A DNA stretch of 64,000 bases from an uncultured Acidobacteriota bacterium (GTDB lineage Bacteria; Actinomycetota; Acidimicrobiia; Spongiisociales; ZC4RG35): NCBI GenBank assembly GCA_963828465.1, contig CAWHEU010000018.1, positions 192,001-256,000 on the forward strand. The letters are read 5' to 3'. The notes below the pieces were generated by a model. The model ran no database searches and was not told the origin of the DNA. It saw only the letters and a list, made by a program, of their open reading frames with translations. Every line of letters starts with the position of its first letter. The first letter of the stretch is position 1. Positions 59,120 through 64,000 of this stretch are shown here, in pieces. Position numbers and translations under genes: made by a program.

Positions 59120-60121
59120 ATGAGTCACAACCCCACTACCAGGACCTCGCCTCGCCCTGCGCCGCCAAAGACCCGTCGCCGTCGCTACAGCTCTGGCCAG
59201 CGCTGGACGATTCGGATCCTCATCTTCCTGGTTCTCGCAGCTGCAACCCTGGTCGCCCTCACCTTCCTGGCCGACTTTCAGATGGAGGACGCCGGGCCAA
59301 TGCCCTCGCTGGCTGCGGGTGACGGGGTCTACCTCATCGTGGGTAGTGACAGCCGGGAGAACCTTCCCGACGACCTGGAAGGGAGCTTCGGGGACTTCAG
59401 CGGCGCCCGAGCCGACGTCATCATCCTGGCCCAGGTGGTGGATGGGCGGAGACAGCTGCTGTCGATACCCCGTGACCTCAGGGTCGAGATACCTGGCCAG
59501 GGAGTGAACAAGGTCAACGCGGCCTACGCCTTCGGTGGCCCTGATCTCCTCGTGGACACAGTCGCCAACGCCACCGGGGTGCGGCCGAACCATTATCTCG
59601 AAGTGGAGTTCGGAGGTTTTGCCGGGATCGTCGACGCATTGGGTGGCATCGAGCTCGACATCCCCTATCCGGCCCGTGATGCCAAGTCCGGGCTGGATAT
59701 CGGGGCCGGCGTGCAAACAGTCGATGGCGCGACCGCTTTGGCGTATGCCCGTTCGCGCAGTTACGAGGAACAGATAGATGGGGAATGGGTGGCTCAGGGA
59801 GGTGGCGATGTTGCTCGTGCCGCCCGGCAGCGGGAGGTCCTGACCAAGATCATGGCTGCGGCGTCGTCACCTTCAGGTCTGGTCCGCAGTCCTCTCGTGG
59901 TGACCGCCGTTGGCTCTCATCTCACCGCCGACTCCGGCCTGACCGTCTTCGATCTGGCGGGGACCGGGTGGGATATGCGCTCTGCCGGTGTCACCGAATC
60001 AATGACCCTCCCCGTCGTCGGCGCCGAAGAGGGCGGGGTGTCGTATCTGGTGCGGGACGATCCTGCCGCCACGGAAGTCCTGAACGCCTTCGCCGCCGGC
60101 CAGCCACTGCCCGCCTCCTAA
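59120..60121 (+). CDS. LCP (LytR-CpsA-Psr) family protein
   Basis: Single TM helix, LIVGSDSR, RADVI, SIPRD, KVNAAY, RAARQ. Confidence 0.92.
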   Translation: MSHNPTTRTSPRPAPPKTRRRRYSSGQRWTIRILIFLVLAAATLVALTFLADFQMEDAGPMPSLAAGDGVYLIVGSDSRENLPDDLEGSFGDFSGARADVIILAQVVDGRRQLLSIPRDLRVEIPGQGVNKVNAAYAFGGPDLLVDTVANATGVRPNHYLEVEFGGFAGIVDALGGIELDIPYPARDAKSGLDIGAGVQTVDGATALAYARSRSYEEQIDGEWVAQGGGDVARAARQREVLTKIMAAASSPSGLVRSPLVVTAVGSHLTADSGLTVFDLAGTGWDMRSAGVTESMTLPVVGAEEGGVSYLVRDDPAATEVLNAFAAGQPLPAS

Positions 60122-60927
60122 CCGGGCCGCGGGGGACCGCTCCGCAGCCATGCGATCGTCTCTTCAACCGGCTCGTCGTCCAGATCAGGCCCGCTCAGAA
60201 TCCAGGTGGCACCCGCCTGCTCGAATGCCTCGACGTCGGCAGTGGGCGGCCCACCGATCACGACGTCGAAGGCCTCATCGCCCTGTCTATGGGTCATGAC
60301 ATAACCGGCGATCATCGCCACATCCGAGGGGTCCAGCGCCTGCTCGTCGCTCCGCATCGGGACCACACCGTCGAACCGTGCCGCACGACGCAGGGGTCGG
60401 AGGTTGGGCAACATCCCGGCCACCCAGATCGGGATCTTGCCAAGTGGCCGAGGGGCGAATCGGTTTTCGGTGACGGTGTAGTGCTCCCCTTCGAAGTCGA
60501 AGGCCTCGCCCGACCACACGGCCTGGATGATGGCGAGAGCCTCGTCCAGCATGTCTGCGCGTTCTCTGGCATCGGTCGGATCGCCGAAGGTGCCGAACTC
60601 GACCTCTGGCCAGTAGCCGATACCGACACCCAGGATCATTCGCCCTTCGGTCAGCCGATCCAGCGTCACAGCTCGCCGGGCCACCTCCCAGGGACGGTGC
60701 CGGGGCAGGGCGGCCACCATCGGGCCGATGCGCACTCTGCTCGTGGCCTGTCCGATCGCCCCGAGCAACACCCACGGATCGGCCACCGGCATGCCGTCAT
60801 CGACGACGATGTGGTCCCAGACGAAGAACCCGTCCCAGCCTGCCTCCTCGGCGGCGACCGCAAGGTCGACCAGCAAACCGGGCTCCGCGTACAGTCCAAA
60901 GTTCGGGAAGTTGAGGCCGAATCGCAC
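60118..60927 (-). CDS. LLM-class flavin/F420-dependent oxidoreductase
   Basis: AEEAGWDGFFVWDH, DPWVLLGA, LDRLTEGR.ILGVG. Confidence 0.9.
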   Translation of the reverse strand: MRFGLNFPNFGLYAEPGLLVDLAVAAEEAGWDGFFVWDHIVVDDGMPVADPWVLLGAIGQATSRVRIGPMVAALPRHRPWEVARRAVTLDRLTEGRMILGVGIGYWPEVEFGTFGDPTDARERADMLDEALAIIQAVWSGEAFDFEGEHYTVTENRFAPRPLGKIPIWVAGMLPNLRPLRRAARFDGVVPMRSDEQALDPSDVAMIAGYVMTHRQGDEAFDVVIGGPPTADVEAFEQAGATWILSGPDLDDEPVEETIAWLRSGPPRPG

Positions 60928-60964
60928 CCGCCAAGGCTATCCATTCGGCACGTAGCATCGACGT

Positions 60965-61408
60965 GTGCCCGACCCGTTCCTCGACGCAGCCATCGACGAG
61001 GCCGGCCTGGGCTTGGCGGAGGGTGGGATTCCGATCGGGTCGGTGCTCGTCCTCGACGACCGGATCGTGGGTCGGGGGCATAACCGACGGGTTCAGAAGG
61101 GCAGCCCGATCCTGCACGGCGAGATGGATGCCCTGGAGAATGCCGGCCGTCTAATCGCCTCCGAATATCGGAGATCCACGATCTACACCACGCTCTCTCC
61201 GTGCCCCATGTGCACGGGAGCGATCCTGCTCTACGGGATCCCGAGGGTCGTGATCGGGGAGAATCGAACCTTTCTCGGCGGCGAAGATCTGCTCAGAGCC
61301 AACAGCGTCGAGGTTGTCGTGGTCGACGACCAGCGATGTGTCGACATGATGACCGGGTTCATCGAAGCCCGGCCTGAACTGTGGAACGAGGACATCGGGG
61401 AGGTCTAG
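60965..61408 (+). CDS. Zn-dependent nucleoside/cytosine deaminase
   Basis: EGGIPIG, HGE, LSPCPMC, WNEDIG. Confidence 0.92.
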   Translation: MPDPFLDAAIDEAGLGLAEGGIPIGSVLVLDDRIVGRGHNRRVQKGSPILHGEMDALENAGRLIASEYRRSTIYTTLSPCPMCTGAILLYGIPRVVIGENRTFLGGEDLLRANSVEVVVVDDQRCVDMMTGFIEARPELWNEDIGEV

Positions 61409-61432
61409 GGGCTGGGACGGCTGCCCCTAGGT

Positions 61433-61557
61433 TCAGTGACCGCGCTGCACAGCGTTGTCCTCAGTTGCGCGTGATGCAGCGCAGATGACGGGAGGGGCGG
61501 GAGCTCAGTGACCGCGCTGCACAGCGTTGCTTTGTGGTCGCGCCAATGCAGCGCAGA
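61433..61557. repeat. Two tandem palindromic units with 72-nt period
   Basis: TCAGTGACCGCGCTGCACAGCGTTG at 61433 and 61505; ATGCAGCGCAGA at 61474 and 61546; GCGCTGCA/TGCAGCGC stem in each unit. Confidence 0.8.
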
Positions 61558-61601
61558 CCACGCCTCCATCCTTCATGCATCCAGGACGGAGAGCCGACCC
61601 C

Positions 61602-62400
61602 CTATCTCCCCTTCCATTCCGGGTCCCGCTTCTCGAGAAAGGCAAGCAATCCCTCGGCGGCATCCTCTGTGCCGAGGGCCACTGACTGAGCCTCACCCTC
61701 CCAGGAGAGGGCATCGGCCAGCCCGATCTGGAAGCTGGCGTTGAGGGTCTGCTTGGCGAACATCTGGGCCACGGGCGCCCCTGCCAGGAACCCATCGGCG
61801 ATCTCGGTGACGCGATCTTCGAGGACATCTACCGGGACGACCTCGGTGACCAGCCCGATCCGCTGCGCCTCATCGGCCTCGACGATTCGCCCCGACAGCG
61901 CCAGCTCCTTGGCCCGTTGCATGCCGACGATCCGTGGCAACAGCCAGGAGCCGCCGAAAGTCAACTGTCAGCCCCCTTCTCACGAAGATCTCGGAGAATC
62001 GGGCCCGCTCGGTGGCGACCACAACGTCACATCCGAGGGCGAGGTTCAAGCCCGCCCCGACTGCAACCCCATCGACGGCAGCGATAGCGGGCTTGGTCAA
62101 CCGGTGGAGGGCCATGGCAGCCGCCGCCACCTCCTTCATCCTCGAGTGGCGATCCTCGACGGATTGGAGCCGATCCACCCGCGATGGATCCAGGTCGGCG
62201 CCGGCGCAGAACTCCCCACCGGCGCCGGTGACCACGAGCACCCGCTGCTCAGACCCCTCGAAATCGTCGAAGGCAAACCGCAGCTCTGGCCAGCCGTCGA
62301 ACGGGATGGCGTTTTTTCGATCGGGACGGTCGATCGTGAGCCAGCGCACCAGTCCGCGATCCCCTGAGTGCAACCAGCTCACCGCGATGACGGTAGACAC
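61602..62400 (-). CDS. Enoyl-CoA hydratase/isomerase (one extra base near 61958)
   Basis: RPDRKNA, FCAGADL, AVGAG..LALGCD, junction GLTVDF|GGSWLLPR, FLEKR.P.WKG. Confidence 0.88.
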
Positions 62401-62426
62401 CGCAAGGCGTGGTTACCGTTCCAGGA

Positions 62427-62540
62427 ATGGGGTTCAACCCGTTTCGCGATCACGAAAAGAGCACCGCTGACATCGTCGCGGTGGTCGTGGCGTTCGCGGC
62501 GATATTCGCGGTCCTGGCGTGGGCGATCTTCTCGGGGTGA
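62427..62540 (+). CDS. Small single-pass membrane peptide (37 aa), absent from the ORF track
   Basis: MGFNPFRDHEKSTADIVAVVVAFAAIFAVLAWAIFSG*; TACCGT -10 7 nt upstream. Confidence 0.65.
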   Translation: MGFNPFRDHEKSTADIVAVVVAFAAIFAVLAWAIFSG

Positions 62541-62726
62541 CGGTCTCCCCGGTGCAGCCCTACGCGGCGCGCGAAGGAGTACATCTGCCCCGGCTGCTCG
62601 ACGATCATCCCTCCCGGCACGTTTCATCTGGTCGTCGTGCCCGACCACGAACCCGACTTACGCCGGCACTGGCATCACGGCTGCTGGCACAAGGAGATGC
62701 GTCGTCGGTTCGGTGCTCGGACCTAG
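62537..62726 (+). CDS. Small Cys/His (Zn-binding-like) protein, one extra base near 62573
   Basis: MTVSPVQPYAAR|KEYICPGCSTIIPPGTFHLVVVPDHEPDLRRHWHHGCWHKEMRRRFGART*. Confidence 0.65.
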
Positions 62727-63444
62727 TGCCGAGGAGAGGCGAGGCTTTTCTGCTCATCCACAGCCCGCTGCTCGGACCATCCTGCTGGGGCCCCTTCGGG
62801 AACGGTGGCCTCCAACGCCGGCCATCCGATCGCGATCCCGGACCTGACGAGCGCCAGCACCGCGCGAACCACCAGGCTGGGAGGCTCTCGTCGAAGCCGC
62901 AGTCGCTGCCGGGGAAGATCTCGGATCGGAGCCAGTCGTGATCGGCCATTCGGGCGCTGGCGTGTTTCTCCCCGTGATCGCCCATCGACTTGGAGCAATA
63001 GCAGTGCTATTCATCGATGCCGTGGTGCCGCCCCTTCAGGGAGTGCACCGGACATCGCCGTCGCTGACACGACTGCTCGACGATCAGGTCGTCGACGGGA
63101 AGCTCCGTCGATGGATTGACTGGTGGCCGGCGGAGACGGTCGCCGACTTGCTTCCCAAACCGGAAGACCGGTCACGCTTGTCGAGTGACATGCCAATCGT
63201 GTCGAGGTCCTTCTACGACGAGGGAGTCCCCGTCCCCGAAGGTTGGTCGCACCGCAACTGCGGCTATCTCCGGCTGAGCGCGGCCTACGACGAGGAATAT
63301 GCCGAAGCTGGGAGGCGGGGCTGGGCTCGCCTGCTGTTCGATGGGGATCACCTCAGCATCTTCACGCGGTCCGCCCCCGTCCTCTCCGCTGTGGAGGAGC
63401 TGTTCACCGGCGTCGTGCGGCCCGATCAGGCGTCGCGACGGTGA
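62726..63444 (+). CDS. Alpha/beta hydrolase (two apparent +1 indels near 62800 and 62865)
   Basis: FLLIHSPLLGPSCW | AGHPIAIPDL | WEALVEAA..VIGHSGAG (GxSxG), FIDA, GDHL. Confidence 0.75.
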
Positions 63445-64000
63445 AGACCCCACCACGTGAGGAACAGACCGAGAGCGGTCCAGCCCAGCGTGATGGCCAC
63501 CGCGTGGGGCAGCGATAGATCTGTACCGGGGACGAACGCACCGAACCCTCCCCCGATGTCGATCTGGAACAAGGCGTTCGTGGCCGCGGACAGGGAGACG
63601 TTCTCCCATGGGCCCCAGAGGCCGAGGATCGGGTCGATGAAGTAGAGAGCCAGGGCGGCGCCGATCGCAGGCCCGACCGATCGCAGCAGCGCCACCGACC
63701 CGAGGCCAATGGCGGTCCACGCCAACTCGATCAGTCCGACTTTCCACACCAGGCTCAGCCACTCGTCGACCCCGGGACCGCCCTCTCCTGGCACTGCGAT
63801 CGCGGTCACGATCGACCACCCGGCGATGCCGGCGGCAATCGCCAGCAGCGAAGCCACCGCGAGAACCAAGAACCGGGCCGAGATCTGGCTGACCCGACGT
63901 GGATCCCTGGTCAGGGCGGTGGCCCACACCGTGCTCCCGAATTCGCTCCCCAGCATGACCACCGCCAGGATCAGGGGAAACCAGGTCTGCCCTGCCACCT
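63426..64000 (-). CDS. ABC-2-type transporter permease, 3' part (runs off the window)
   Basis: LGSEFG..W, LLRSVGPAIG, C-terminal HRRDA typical of ABC permeases. Confidence 0.7.
   Translation of the reverse strand, partial: VAGQTWFPLILAVVMLGSEFGSTVWATALTRDPRRVSQISARFLVLAVASLLAIAAGIAGWSIVTAIAVPGEGGPGVDEWLSLVWKVGLIELAWTAIGLGSVALLRSVGPAIGAALALYFIDPILGLWGPWENVSLSAATNALFQIDIGGGFGAFVPGTDLSLPHAVAITLGWTALGLFLTWWGLHRRDA

Noticed and set aside
61433-61557. Mini-CRISPR array
   Set aside because: Only two units, the inter-repeat regions share a conserved complementary block, and there are no cas genes; it fits a palindromic repeat better.

Overview
High-GC bacterial chromosomal DNA, most likely Actinomycetota (Acidimicrobiia-like). 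This is inferred from the actinobacterial LexA box, PPOX/LLM F420-type genes, a DUF222-HNH gene, a WhiG-type sigma factor and pervasive leaderless promoters. I found no rRNA, tRNA, CRISPR array or prophage. From left to right the window holds: (1-10 kb) accessory hydrolases, lipoproteins and valS; (10.1-17.3 kb) a complete, atypical histidine operon hisG, hisC::HAD, hisB, hisH, hisF, hisA::I::E, hisD; (17.7-28.7 kb) icmF, PFK, AzlCD and an aldehyde dehydrogenase; (28.7-32.9 kb) a DNA-damage locus fpg/nei, SOS box, imuA, imuB, DUF222-HNH; (33-59 kb) the conserved minus-strand core block from comM, dprA, xerC, sigma, rpsB, tsf, pyrH, frr, cdsA, dxr, rseP, ispG, proS, rimP, nusA, infB, rbfA, truB, ribF, proBA and rpsO to pnp; (59-64 kb) accessory genes. 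The strongest candidate for an undescribed system is the his operon. It is preceded by an unannotated His-rich leader peptide (MNRLFAHGHHHHHPSWVG) with mutually exclusive antiterminator and terminator hairpins, a classical ribosome-mediated attenuator that I do not know from actinobacterial his operons. Its HisA-I-E fusion followed by hisD mirrors fungal His4. Several unannotated small genes are also present, including one with a stress-sigma promoter and an in-frame amber codon. Many single-base indels, mostly +1, split otherwise intact genes and are probably long-read assembly errors. All family assignments come from motif recognition, not database searches.
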